Origin: Actinomycetes bacterium
Lineage (GTDB): Bacteria; Actinomycetota; Actinomycetes; S36-B12; UBA5976
Reading direction: 5' to 3'
Length of the DNA stretch: 64,000 nucleotides
NCBI GenBank assembly: GCA_038145175.1
Contig: JAYQPE010000002.1
Span: 21,048-85,047 of the forward strand
The notes under the pieces are model-generated. The model worked only from the letters and a program-made list of their open reading frames with translations, was not told where the DNA came from and searched no databases. Every line of letters begins with the position of its first letter. The stretch's first letter is position 1. Below are positions 1-10,272 of the stretch, piece by piece. Made by a program: the position numbers and the translations under genes.

Positions 1-623
1 CCTACATTGTGGGATTAGTTGATATTTCACCTGCTTGGTATGCCTTACCTTTGATTGTTATTGCTTTCTTAGGTGGTTTATCAACTGGTGTTACATCTTT
101 ATATGGAACTGGTTTGGACTTTTCAAGCGTATTTCCAAAATTAAGTCGGGTGCAATCATCAATATTTATTGGTTCAATTGCATTCATCTTTATTTTGGTG
201 GGACGTTTAGTTACCGATCTATTAGCAAGTATTAACGCCTTTATCGGATTGATCATTATCTTTACCACTCCTTGGATGGTAATCATGATGATTGGATTCT
301 TTGTTCGTTACGGTTGGTACTCAGCTGAAGACGTACAAGTATTTAATAAAGGAAAAACCGGTGGACGATATTGGTTCAACGCAGGATTTAACTGGCGTGG
401 TTTATTGGCATGGATCCCATCTGCAATTTTGGGATTAATGTTTTGTTATTACCCACCACTTTTAGTTGGACCTTGGAGTGCTCTCGTGGGAGGCGGAATA
501 GATGTTTCCCTTCCAGTGGCAATCGTTTCTGCTGCAGTTTTGTACATATTGTTCTTAACAATTTGGCCAGAACCAAAGAGTGCTTATGGACCAAAAGGTG
601 CTCGTTTAGTTAGAACCAAGTAA
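1..623 (+). CDS. NCS1-type nucleobase/hydantoin:cation symporter, C-terminal part (5' end outside window)
   Basis: The ORF runs off the left edge. The translation is a polytopic membrane protein with several hydrophobic helices, and the GRYWFNAGFNWRGLLAW region resembles purine-cytosine permease family C-termini. The family call is from memory. Confidence 0.55.
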   Translation, partial: YIVGLVDISPAWYALPLIVIAFLGGLSTGVTSLYGTGLDFSSVFPKLSRVQSSIFIGSIAFIFILVGRLVTDLLASINAFIGLIIIFTTPWMVIMMIGFFVRYGWYSAEDVQVFNKGKTGGRYWFNAGFNWRGLLAWIPSAILGLMFCYYPPLLVGPWSALVGGGIDVSLPVAIVSAAVLYILFLTIWPEPKSAYGPKGARLVRTK

Positions 624-633
624 TTTAAAGAGC

Positions 634-1035
634 ATGAAAACTGAACAAGGTGTGCTGCAAGCCGCAGCACACCTTGTTTCATGTTTTGCTCAACATGATT
701 TCGACAAATACTTTGAATGCTTTTCAGACGACACGGTTTTTATTTTTTATACCACTAAAAATGTTTTATTAAATAAAGCTCAATACCAAACAGAGTGGAA
801 AAACTGGGAAAAAGAATGGGGTTTCCACGTACAAAATTGCAAGTCCACTAATCAAAGAGTTCAAATGTTTGGTGACACAGCTATTTTTTCCCACGATGTG
901 GCTACCACTTTAAAAACAAATGATGGTGAAAAAAGTTTTGAGGAAAGAGAAACTATTGTGTTTAATTATTTAAACAACAAGTGGATTGCAGTGCACGAAC
1001 ATCTTTCACCTATGCCAGAAAAGAAAATAATATGA
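634..1035 (+). CDS. SnoaL-like / DUF4440 (NTF2-fold) small protein
   Basis: The 133-aa product has the size and pattern of NTF2-like cone proteins (aromatic-rich, C-terminal W-x-x-V-H-E-H-L-S). Its stop overlaps the next start (ATGA at 1032-1035). Confidence 0.5.
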   Translation: MKTEQGVLQAAAHLVSCFAQHDFDKYFECFSDDTVFIFYTTKNVLLNKAQYQTEWKNWEKEWGFHVQNCKSTNQRVQMFGDTAIFSHDVATTLKTNDGEKSFEERETIVFNYLNNKWIAVHEHLSPMPEKKII

Positions 1036-2009
1036 CTAATCCAGAGTTAAATGATCCATTAAGAAATAACGTTAAAAATAATGATAATTATGGCCCAATA
1101 AGTGGTTTAGAAGTTCCACGATTTGCAGGATTTTCAACTTTTGCAAGATTGCCTAGAATTGAAGACGTTTCTAAATTTGATGTTGCAATTTTAGGTGCGC
1201 CATTTGATGCTGGAGTTTCATATAGATCAGGTGCTCGATTTGGCCCAAGTCACGTAAGACAAGCTTCGCGTTTATTAAGACCATATAACCCAGCTCAAGA
1301 TGTTTCACCGTTTGCAAATAAGCAAATAGTTGATGCAGGGGATGCAATTATGAATCCATTTAATATTCAAGAAGCATTAACAGGTTTAGAAAAACATGCT
1401 TCACTTTTAATCGAAAATGAAAAACCTTTATTTACAATCGGTGGAGATCACACAATAGCTTTAGCACTTTTAAGAAGTTTAAATAAAGTTTATGGAAAAA
1501 TTGCTTTAGTTCATTTCGATGCACACCTAGATACTTGGGATACCTATATGAATGCATCATTTACTCACGGAACTCCATTTAGAAGAGCTTGGGAAGAAAA
1601 ATTATTAGCTGAAGAAAAATGTATGCATGTTGGAATTCGTGGTCCTTTGTATGACAAAACAGATTTAGAAAATGATAAAAAATTTGGTTTTGGCATAGTT
1701 TCATCAATTGATTTCAATAAGTTTTCACTGGAAGAAATAATAAATAAAGTAAAACAAAGAGTTGGAAATACTCCGGTATACGTCTCCATTGATATCGATG
1801 TGCTTGATCCAGGTTTTGCCCCAGGAACAGGAACTCCAGAAATGGGCGGTTTAAGTTCACGAGAACTTTTAGCAGTATTAAGAGGGATGAAAGATTGTCA
1901 CATTGTTGGCGGAGATGTGGTCGAAGTTGCCCCCGCTTATGACCATGCAGAAATTACCGGGATTGCTGCTTCGCACTTGATTTATGAAATGGTTTCTTTA
2001 GTTAGTTAA
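1032..2009 (+). CDS. agmatinase-family ureohydrolase (agmatinase or guanidino-acid hydrolase)
   Basis: Mn-binding ureohydrolase motifs are present: [17 protein letters not shown] and [20 protein letters not shown] chose the ATG at 1032 (MTNPEL...) because the track start at 981 lies inside the upstream gene. Confidence 0.88.
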   Translation: MTNPELNDPLRNNVKNNDNYGPISGLEVPRFAGFSTFARLPRIEDVSKFDVAILGAPFDAGVSYRSGARFGPSHVRQASRLLRPYNPAQDVSPFANKQIVDAGDAIMNPFNIQEALTGLEKHASLLIENEKPLFTIGGDHTIALALLRSLNKVYGKIALVHFDAHLDTWDTYMNASFTHGTPFRRAWEEKLLAEEKCMHVGIRGPLYDKTDLENDKKFGFGIVSSIDFNKFSLEEIINKVKQRVGNTPVYVSIDIDVLDPGFAPGTGTPEMGGLSSRELLAVLRGMKDCHIVGGDVVEVAPAYDHAEITGIAASHLIYEMVSLVS

Positions 2010-2947
2010 ACTTCTTGCGTTATTGAAATAAATGGTGGCCTTTCAACAATGGAATCAACTTGGTCTGAATATCTTCCTTCTTGTTTAACTCTTGAAAGAA
2101 GAGTTTTAGTAATTTCATCTGCCATATCACTTAATTTGACGAGTGATTGGTGTTTATTAGCTCTTTCTAATAAATCTACTTCAGCCATTGATGTGATTCC
2201 AACTTTGTGATTCACATCAATTAACATTCCAATTTCCACTCCATATCCAGTAACAATTGGTAGTGAATTCAATAAATCTTTTCTAATCGCGCATTCACCA
2301 GATAGTGGTTGTTTAAATTCAGATAGTTTGGGATAAAAAGCAGTTAATAATGGTCTAGCTAATAAAGTTGAAACTCTTCCACCACCGTCTCTAACAATTC
2401 CACTTTTTAGTTTCAAGTGTCTTCTATAAGTTCCTTTAGAAAAATGAATGTTTTTGTCAAGAAGTAAAGGTCCAATTACACCCAAAACATGTCTCTCACT
2501 GAAATCTTCTAAGTCTCCGTCTAGGAAGACAATTATTTCTCCATTTAAAACTTTTTGTGATCTCCACATAGCATCACCTTTACCAAGGTTTGGACCAAAT
2601 TGTTCAAGTAAAGAATTTTCGTCGTATATTTCTACATCAAAGTTACGTGCAATATTTGAAGTTCCATCTACACTTGAAGCATCTATAATAACTACTTGAT
2701 CAATTAGTTTATTTTCTTTTAAATTAACTAAGATTTTTAGTGTATTTTCAATTGTTGTTGCACACTCTTTGGTTAAGACACAAGCTGAAATTGTTGGCCT
2801 TAAAACATCTTTCATTCTTTTTGCTGTGAAATCTGAGTAAGACCACTTAGAAATTTTTTGATCTGATCTTGAAAACTTACTTTTAATTCTTTTAAGGCGT
2901 GTTTGAAACCTTAATCGGGGGGTGGCGCGTTTAAATTCGATTTTCAT
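2006..2947 (-). CDS. gpgS: glucosyl-3-phosphoglycerate synthase (GT81 family)
   Basis: [45 protein letters not shown] and [11 protein letters not shown] are colinear with mycobacterial GpgS as I recall it. The start at 2947 has AAAGGAG upstream; a TTG at 2992 is an alternative. Confidence 0.78.
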   Translation of the reverse strand: MKIEFKRATPRLRFQTRLKRIKSKFSRSDQKISKWSYSDFTAKRMKDVLRPTISACVLTKECATTIENTLKILVNLKENKLIDQVVIIDASSVDGTSNIARNFDVEIYDENSLLEQFGPNLGKGDAMWRSQKVLNGEIIVFLDGDLEDFSERHVLGVIGPLLLDKNIHFSKGTYRRHLKLKSGIVRDGGGRVSTLLARPLLTAFYPKLSEFKQPLSGECAIRKDLLNSLPIVTGYGVEIGMLIDVNHKVGITSMAEVDLLERANKHQSLVKLSDMADEITKTLLSRVKQEGRYSDQVDSIVERPPFISITQEV

Positions 2948-3189
2948 GGCGCTCCTTTCAAAAGTTTTAAACCTAAATTTGATTTGTAACAAGTATTAAG
3001 TTTTTCCTTTCCTCGATATTGGGATTTTGCCCTTAGTTCGGGCCGGGTGCCAAAAGGCTTTGAGGTTCTAAACCTAACCCAAGATATCTAGATTCCCAAG
3101 TTTTATTTACAAGAAATTTCGCCCATTTGTGGGGAGAAAAATGTTAAATAGGTCATAAGTGCGAAGAAGAGGCTCCCAAACACCCCCAA

Positions 3190-3216
3190 TTTGCACTCCA
3201 AGTTCTTGAGTGCCAA
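3190..3216. promoter_or_regulatory. CIRCE operator (HrcA binding site), copy 1
   Basis: TTTGCACTC-N9-GAGTGCCAA compared with the consensus TTAGCACTC-N9-GAGTGCTAA has 2 mismatches in total. It lies 67 nt upstream of the groEL ATG and may overlap a TTGCAC-N17-CAAAAT promoter. Confidence 0.75.
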
Positions 3217-3223
3217 AATTGAT

Positions 3224-3250
3224 TTAGCACTCGACCAATGAGAGTGACAA
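3224..3250. promoter_or_regulatory. CIRCE operator (HrcA binding site), copy 2
   Basis: TTAGCACTC-N9-GAGTGACAA has a perfect left arm and 2 mismatches in the right arm. It lies 33 nt upstream of the groEL ATG. Confidence 0.72.
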
Positions 3251-3279
3251 AGTCTAAAACCCATTAAAGAAGGAATTAA

Positions 3280-4908
<1,629 letters not shown>

Positions 4909-4926
4909 TTAAAAATTAGAAAATTA

Positions 4927-4958
4927 AAAAGCCCGCAATAAATTTTGCGGGCTTTTTT
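4927..4958 (+). terminator. rho-independent terminator downstream of groEL
   Basis: A perfect 8-bp GC-rich stem, GCCCGCAA / TTGCGGGC, with a 6-nt loop is followed by TTTTTT. It has an A-run upstream and lies 20 nt after the stop codon. Confidence 0.88.
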
Positions 4959-5039
4959 ATATCGTGGAACAAGTTAATTCATTGCTTGAAAAAAAGTCTT
5001 ATAGGGTGAAGAATTACCCAAGAATCAAAGGAGATTTAA

Positions 5040-6206
5040 ATGAGTAGTCAAGTTGTGAAAATTGAAGAATTTGGAATTTCCGAAGAATTTGGCTACATGC
5101 AAAATGTTGACCCAGTAACTTCACTTCCAGCTGGAAATGAAGCATGGGATGAAATGGGAAAAAATTTACCAAAATATTTAATGGGTACTGATTTTAGAAA
5201 AAGAGTTAAAGAATTACCTCCATTTAATTTACAAAATTTAAATACCGAAGGTGAAATTAGAAGAGCCATGTTAGTTCTTTCCTATATCGGTATGGCTTAC
5301 CAATGGTCAGATAATAATCCTGCATTTGTAATTCCTGAAAGATTAGCTAAACCTTGGTATGAAGTTGGAAAATTAGTCGGCAGACCTCCGATACTTTCTT
5401 ATGCGAGTTATTCAATTGATAATTGGTATCGCTTAGACAACAAAGGTCCAATTGAATGTGGCAATATCGCACTTTTGCAATGTTTCTTAGGTGGACAAGA
5501 TGAAGAATGGTTCATTCTGATTCATATCGACATTGAAAAGAAAGCAGGTAAAGCTTTAAAAGCAATAGAAGAAGCCCAATCTGCAGTTGTAGCCAATGAT
5601 GTTGAAAAATTAGAAAAAGCTTTAACAAAAATGCGTGACAGCATTAAATCAATGTATGACGTATTGGCAAGAATGCCTGAAAAATGCGATCCTTATGTTT
5701 ATTTTCATAGAGTTCGTCCATATATTTTTGGTTGGAAAAATAACCCAGCTTTACCAGATGGAGTTATTTATGAAGGGGTAGATGAGTATCAAGGCAAAGG
5801 TCAAAAATTTAGAGGTGAAACTGGAGCACAAAGTGCAATTGTTCCTGCATTAGATGGCGTATTAGGAATTGAACATGAAAGAGATGAATTAAGAGATTAT
5901 TTGATGGAAATGCGCCAATATATGCCTCCAAAACATGTGAAGTTTATTGAAGCAGTGGAGAACGGACCAAGTGTTAGAGACTTTGTATTCAAATTAAATA
6001 ACAATTCAATAAAAAATGTTTTTAATGAATGTGTCTCCTTAGTTGCAGATTTTAGAGCGCTTCACCTTGAATATGCAGGAACTTATATTCATGCTCAAGC
6101 CCAAAAAACACCGGGAAATCCATCTGCTGTGGGAACCGGAGGAACACCATTTATGATTTACTTGCGAAAGCATCGAGACGAAACCAGAAATCAACCAGTT
6201 AAATAG
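5040..6206 (+). CDS. indoleamine 2,3-dioxygenase (IDO) family heme dioxygenase
   Basis: Several blocks are colinear with animal IDO1 as I recall it: [67 protein letters not shown] (proximal His) and [17 protein letters not shown] lies 7 nt upstream of the ATG. Confidence 0.85.
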   Translation: [388 protein letters not shown]

Positions 6207-6214
6207 GAGATATT

Positions 6215-6640
6215 TTGTTAGCAAATATAAATTGGATTGCAGTTTTATTAGCAACTTTAGTTAGCTTTATTAGTGGATTTATTTGGTTTGGACCAAAAAC
6301 TTTTTATCCGGTTTGGTGGAAAGCAATGGGCAAATCTGACAAAGAAGAACCAGGTTCACATCAAAATATGGCGGTAGTTTTTGGAACGATTGTAGTTGCA
6401 CTATTTGTGCAAGCTTTATTTCTTTCCATAGTTTTAAGCTGGTTTGCTGCAAGTAATGGAAGTTTAACTGCAACAAGTGGAGCTTTTGCTGGCTTTATTG
6501 TTGGTGTAGGAATTGTGGCAGCAACTCCATTAAGTCATCGTTTAATGGGTGGACATGGTTTTAAAGTTTGGGCTTTAGAAGTTGGAAATGATGTTTTGAA
6601 TTTTGTTTTGATGGGCCTAGTAATTGGAGCTTTAAGTTAA
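6215..6640 (+). CDS. DUF1761-like small membrane protein
   Basis: The 141-aa product has 4 predicted TM helices and a DUF1761-typical N-terminus, NWIAVLLATLVSFISGFIWFGPKTFYPVWWKAMGK. It has a TTG start with GGAG upstream. Confidence 0.6.
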   Translation: MLANINWIAVLLATLVSFISGFIWFGPKTFYPVWWKAMGKSDKEEPGSHQNMAVVFGTIVVALFVQALFLSIVLSWFAASNGSLTATSGAFAGFIVGVGIVAATPLSHRLMGGHGFKVWALEVGNDVLNFVLMGLVIGALS

Positions 6641-6831
6641 TGCCAACAAAATTTGATCAATCAGATCCAATGTATGAAAAAATAATGGCAGCACACGATG
6701 CTGCAGTTGCTGCAGGATTAACTGAATATAAAGATCCTAAATCAGGATTTTCAGTTATGACAGAACCTTTTTTGAAATCAAAAGGTTTTTGTTGCAAATC
6801 AAATTGCAGACATTGTCCATATCCAAATTAA
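6640..6831 (+). CDS. DUF5522-like small Cys-rich protein
   Basis: The 63-aa product ends in CCKSNCRHCPYPN. Its start overlaps the upstream stop by 1 nt (TAATG). Confidence 0.5.
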   Translation: MPTKFDQSDPMYEKIMAAHDAAVAAGLTEYKDPKSGFSVMTEPFLKSKGFCCKSNCRHCPYPN

Positions 6832-7085
6832 AGAATAGAAAACTCTTCTAGTTTCTTTTTTAAATCAATATCTGATGGTTCAACTAAGTATGAATCATCT
6901 GGAAAAGTGATTACAGGTATTGATTGTTTTCCACTAATTTGAATAGCTTTATCTTTACCTTTTTCATCATGCTCAACATCTATATAAGTGTAATTGACAT
7001 TATTTTGATCTAGAAATCTTTTTGATCTTCTGCAATCACCGCACCATTCGGCACCATACATGGTTACTTTGTTTTCACTCATCAT
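6828..7085 (-). CDS. glutaredoxin/NrdH-like thioredoxin-fold protein
   Basis: The 85-aa product has an N-terminal beta-strand followed by the redox motif MYGAEWCGDCRRSKRFLD, and a downstream IPVITF (cis-Pro region). AAGAGGA SD lies upstream. Confidence 0.7.
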   Translation of the reverse strand: MMSENKVTMYGAEWCGDCRRSKRFLDQNNVNYTYIDVEHDEKGKDKAIQISGKQSIPVITFPDDSYLVEPSDIDLKKKLEEFSIL

Positions 7086-7150
7086 TCCTCTTTTAAATTT
7101 CTGCGAGTCAAAGTTGCTAAGACTACTTAATTTTTAGTCTAATAGATTTC

Positions 7151-7276
7151 ATGATGGGTGATCCTGGACCATGTCCTGCATGCGAAGCAAGTGATCTTGA
7201 AAGACGTGGTGGAAAAGATATGTGCCCAAAATGTTTTTATATCCAACCTTGTTGTGACGGTGGATACTGCGAATAA
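7151..7276 (+). CDS. 41-aa Cys-rich (zinc-ribbon-like) small protein, below the ORF-track cutoff
   Basis: My own translation is MMGDPGPCPACEASDLERRGGKDMCPKCFYIQPCCDGGYCE*. It has two CxxC knuckles plus a CC-x4-C tail, fills an otherwise empty 192-nt gap, and is locally richer in GC than its flanks. There is no clear SD. Confidence 0.45.
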   Translation: MMGDPGPCPACEASDLERRGGKDMCPKCFYIQPCCDGGYCE

Positions 7277-7277
7277 T

Positions 7278-7991
7278 TTATCGCTTTTTACCTGGCAATA
7301 TTTTGTCTATTGCAAAATAAACAATAAAAACAACTAGACCAAAAATTAACGTAAATACAGTTCCAGTTAAAGCTCCAATGTAGCCAAGATCTGCAGCATT
7401 TATGAATCCATATGGATATTGGTTAATGACAAAACCTCTAGCAAATGTGTACACAATATATAAAATTGGAATGATTAGAGCTTTCCCAATATTTTTCCAG
7501 CTAAACCATTTTCTTGGACCAAATAATAACCAAACCAAAATAGTTAGAGGTGGTGTTATGTAATGGAGTAAATAATTTGTGTAAATATTCCAACTTTGTG
7601 GATTTGCATCAGGTGCAAGAATTAACATATAAACAATTGCAGTAACAGTAATCATCATTAAACTTGCAATTCTTAAAACTTTTAACCAATTTTTATTATT
7701 ACTTGGATTTTTATAAAGAGCATAAGTGGTAATTCCAACTAAGATATTGCTCCAAATTGTGAAGTAACTTAAGTTGTCGATAATCCTTGGTAATGCTCCA
7801 GCCATTCCCTCAGGATGTCCTCCAAAAAAGGTAGGTGTTTCTTGCGGTGTGATGACAATTCCAAAAGCATCAATGGTCAACGAGCCAAGAGCGCCAAGCC
7901 ATGCCACTATGGAATTAACACCAAATGCAAAACGGGAGATTGATCTCATGAAGAAGATGCTAGCGCTACTTAGCATTGTTTCTGCACTCAT
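7278..7991 (-). CDS. polytopic membrane protein (Pr6Pr / FAR-17a-AIG1-like family)
   Basis: The product has about 6 TM helices and the motif YFTIWSNILVG. The start is uncertain (7991, 7976 or 7949); the longest form overlaps the divergent gene. Confidence 0.45.
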   Translation of the reverse strand: MSAETMLSSASIFFMRSISRFAFGVNSIVAWLGALGSLTIDAFGIVITPQETPTFFGGHPEGMAGALPRIIDNLSYFTIWSNILVGITTYALYKNPSNNKNWLKVLRIASLMMITVTAIVYMLILAPDANPQSWNIYTNYLLHYITPPLTILVWLLFGPRKWFSWKNIGKALIIPILYIVYTFARGFVINQYPYGFINAADLGYIGALTGTVFTLIFGLVVFIVYFAIDKILPGKKR

Positions 7992-8946
7992 TTTGTCATC
8001 TTGTTCATCAACCTCGAATGAAAATCAAGGGCAAAGCCCAGAAACAAGTTCTCCAACACCTTCACCTACTAAAGAGTTTCACCCAATTTCTTTAGAAGCA
8101 TTAAGCCAACAAGAATTCATAGGGACAGATTTAAAACTTGAAAAAGTATTAGGTGAAAATTCAAAATTTACTCGTTATTACATTACTTATAAATCAAATG
8201 GATTATTAATTTCAGGAATTATGAATGTGCCAAAAGGTGATGGTCCTTTCCCAACTTTAGTTTTAGCTCATGGTTATATAGATCCAGAAATTTATACAAC
8301 TGGTAGAGGTTTAGCAAGAGAACAAAAATATTTAGCAGAAAAAGGTTTTGTAGTTTTACATACAGACTATAGAAACCATGCAGGATCTGATAAAGATCCA
8401 GATAATGATGTGAACTTTAGGTTTGGTTACACAGAAGATGTGGTTAATGCAGCACTTGCCTTAAGAAATGCAAATTTTGAATTTGTTGATAAAGAAAGAA
8501 TTGGTCTACTGGGTAGATCTATGGGTGGAGGAATTGCATTTAACACTATGGTTGCAAAGCCAGGAGTATTTGATGCATTTGTTCTTTTTGCACCAACAAG
8601 TGCAAATGCTGTCGACAATTTTAATAGATGGACCAGAATGCGTTTTGATGTTGCAGAAAGAATTGAAAAGCAATTTGGTCTACCAGATCAAAATCCAGAA
8701 TTCTGGAACGGAATTTCTGCTATAAATTATTTTGACCGTATCCAAGAACCAGTATTAATTTTGCATGGCACAGAAGATGAATCTTGCGATATTCAATGGT
8801 CAGTCAATGCAGCAGCTTCTTTAGAAAAAGCTGGAAAGAAATTTGAATTTATTCAATACGAAGGTGAAAAACATGCATTTATTCCTAAGTGGCCAGATTC
8901 AATGGCAGAAACTACTAGATTTTTTGAAGAACACTTAAAGAGTTAG
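7948..8946 (+). CDS. secreted lipoprotein alpha/beta hydrolase (S9 prolyl oligopeptidase / dienelactone hydrolase-like)
   Basis: The start is placed at MKKMLALLSIVSALILSSC (signal peptide plus lipobox LSSC). Nucleophile elbow GRSMGGG, acid HGTEDESCD and His EGEKHAF are present. The track's upstream extension from 7774 lies antisense to the neighbouring gene. Confidence 0.75.
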   Translation: MKKMLALLSIVSALILSSCSSTSNENQGQSPETSSPTPSPTKEFHPISLEALSQQEFIGTDLKLEKVLGENSKFTRYYITYKSNGLLISGIMNVPKGDGPFPTLVLAHGYIDPEIYTTGRGLAREQKYLAEKGFVVLHTDYRNHAGSDKDPDNDVNFRFGYTEDVVNAALALRNANFEFVDKERIGLLGRSMGGGIAFNTMVAKPGVFDAFVLFAPTSANAVDNFNRWTRMRFDVAERIEKQFGLPDQNPEFWNGISAINYFDRIQEPVLILHGTEDESCDIQWSVNAAASLEKAGKKFEFIQYEGEKHAFIPKWPDSMAETTRFFEEHLKS

Positions 8947-9332
8947 TTTTTATTTTTTCCTAGAGCAAGTGCTACAACATAAAGTGTTGAAAAAACAAAG
9001 CCAATAATTGCATAAATTATTCTGCCCAGATTTGGTTCTCCAGGAGCAAGTAGGGTAACAATTCCTAAAGCTAAAGAAACTAAAGACATTAAAATTGCAA
9101 AAGTTCTTACGACATAATTAGATGAATTATTTCTTACTACAATCATTAAATAACCTAAAGGAAGTAAAACTATTCCAGTCATTCTTAAACTCCAGAATGC
9201 ATCTTCACCAGAAATACCAATAAATTGACCAAATAAATCTGGTCTTGAAATTAGAGCCACAGCAGACAAAATAAAAATCGTTCCGCCAGCAAGCATTACT
9301 TGACGAATACGATACTGACCAAGGTTATTCAT
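8943..9332 (-). CDS. small integral membrane protein, unknown function
   Basis: The 129-aa product has 4 hydrophobic helices and no recognisable motif. Confidence 0.45.
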   Translation of the reverse strand: MNNLGQYRIRQVMLAGGTIFILSAVALISRPDLFGQFIGISGEDAFWSLRMTGIVLLPLGYLMIVVRNNSSNYVVRTFAILMSLVSLALGIVTLLAPGEPNLGRIIYAIIGFVFSTLYVVALALGKNKN

Positions 9333-9357
9333 AAATTCAGTTTATTTTGAAAAAGAA

Positions 9358-10272
9358 TTAATTTCTAGCAGTTTCAGCAAAAAGAACACCTGTTAAAACC
9401 ATAATTCCACCTAAAATTTGAATTCCTACCAAAGTTTCTCCTAAAAGAATCAGGGCAACTACTGAAGCAAGAACTGGTTCAAGTAATCCAAAGACAGAAG
9501 CTCTTTTTGAATCTATATATTTAAATGCCATGAAATAAAGTAAGAATGGTAAAACTGTACCCATAAAAATAATCCAAAAAATTACTGCACCTAATGGAAT
9601 GCTTCCTACGTTATGTGGAAGCACTACTTGATTTGAAAGTAAATTCCAAGGAATTGTATTTAAAGGTTGAGCAAAGAACCAAAATATTGCACCGACTCCC
9701 ATTGCAAGAGTTGTTAATGAAATTGCACTTCTTTTAGATACTAAAAATTCACCACCAATGTAATAAATAGCTAAAGCAACTGCAGCACCAAATGCACTAA
9801 CTACTCCAAAAGAATCTAATTTTGATCCAGTCCAAACTTGGGTAATAAAAGATAAACCAAGTATTGCTAAGAATAGTGATAACCAAACTCTGGCACTAAC
9901 TTGTCTTTTTAAAACTAATCTTAAATAAAGAGCAACCATAATGGGAGCAGTAAATTCAATTATTAAAGCCACCCCAACTTCAATTCTTTTAATAGCGACA
10001 AAATATAGAAATTGAGTCATAGCGACTCCAAAAAAACCATAACCAATTAAAGGTAAAATTTCTTTTTTCTTTACCTTTAAACCACTTCTTCCCACAAATA
10101 AAGAAACAATCAGAAGTAAAAGAAAAGCCCCTTCAATTCTTAATGCTGATAATTCGGAGGACGATAATCCATTCAATAGAGCTAGTTTTGCAACTGGTCC
10201 ATTAATAGCAAAACAGAAAAGCCCCAACGTCATTAATCCATAACCAGTTAACTGGTTAGATTTTGTATTCAA
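9358..10272 (-). CDS. EamA/DMT-family transporter
   Basis: The 304-aa product has 10 predicted TM helices in two EamA-like halves. Confidence 0.8.
   Translation of the reverse strand: MNTKSNQLTGYGLMTLGLFCFAINGPVAKLALLNGLSSSELSALRIEGAFLLLLIVSLFVGRSGLKVKKKEILPLIGYGFFGVAMTQFLYFVAIKRIEVGVALIIEFTAPIMVALYLRLVLKRQVSARVWLSLFLAILGLSFITQVWTGSKLDSFGVVSAFGAAVALAIYYIGGEFLVSKRSAISLTTLAMGVGAIFWFFAQPLNTIPWNLLSNQVVLPHNVGSIPLGAVIFWIIFMGTVLPFLLYFMAFKYIDSKRASVFGLLEPVLASVVALILLGETLVGIQILGGIMVLTGVLFAETARN

Noticed and set aside
981-1031. The ureohydrolase ORF in the track has an upstream extension ([17 protein letters not shown]).
   Set aside because: It lies entirely within the 3' end of the SnoaL-like gene. 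The ATG at 1032 gives the classic ATGA coupling and a sensible N-terminus.
7774-7947. The hydrolase ORF has a 58-codon N-terminal extension that overlaps the divergent membrane gene.
   Set aside because: A textbook lipoprotein signal peptide (MKKMLALLSIVSALILSSC) begins at the ATG at 7948. The extension is antisense to a hydrophobic membrane CDS and has no signal-like features.
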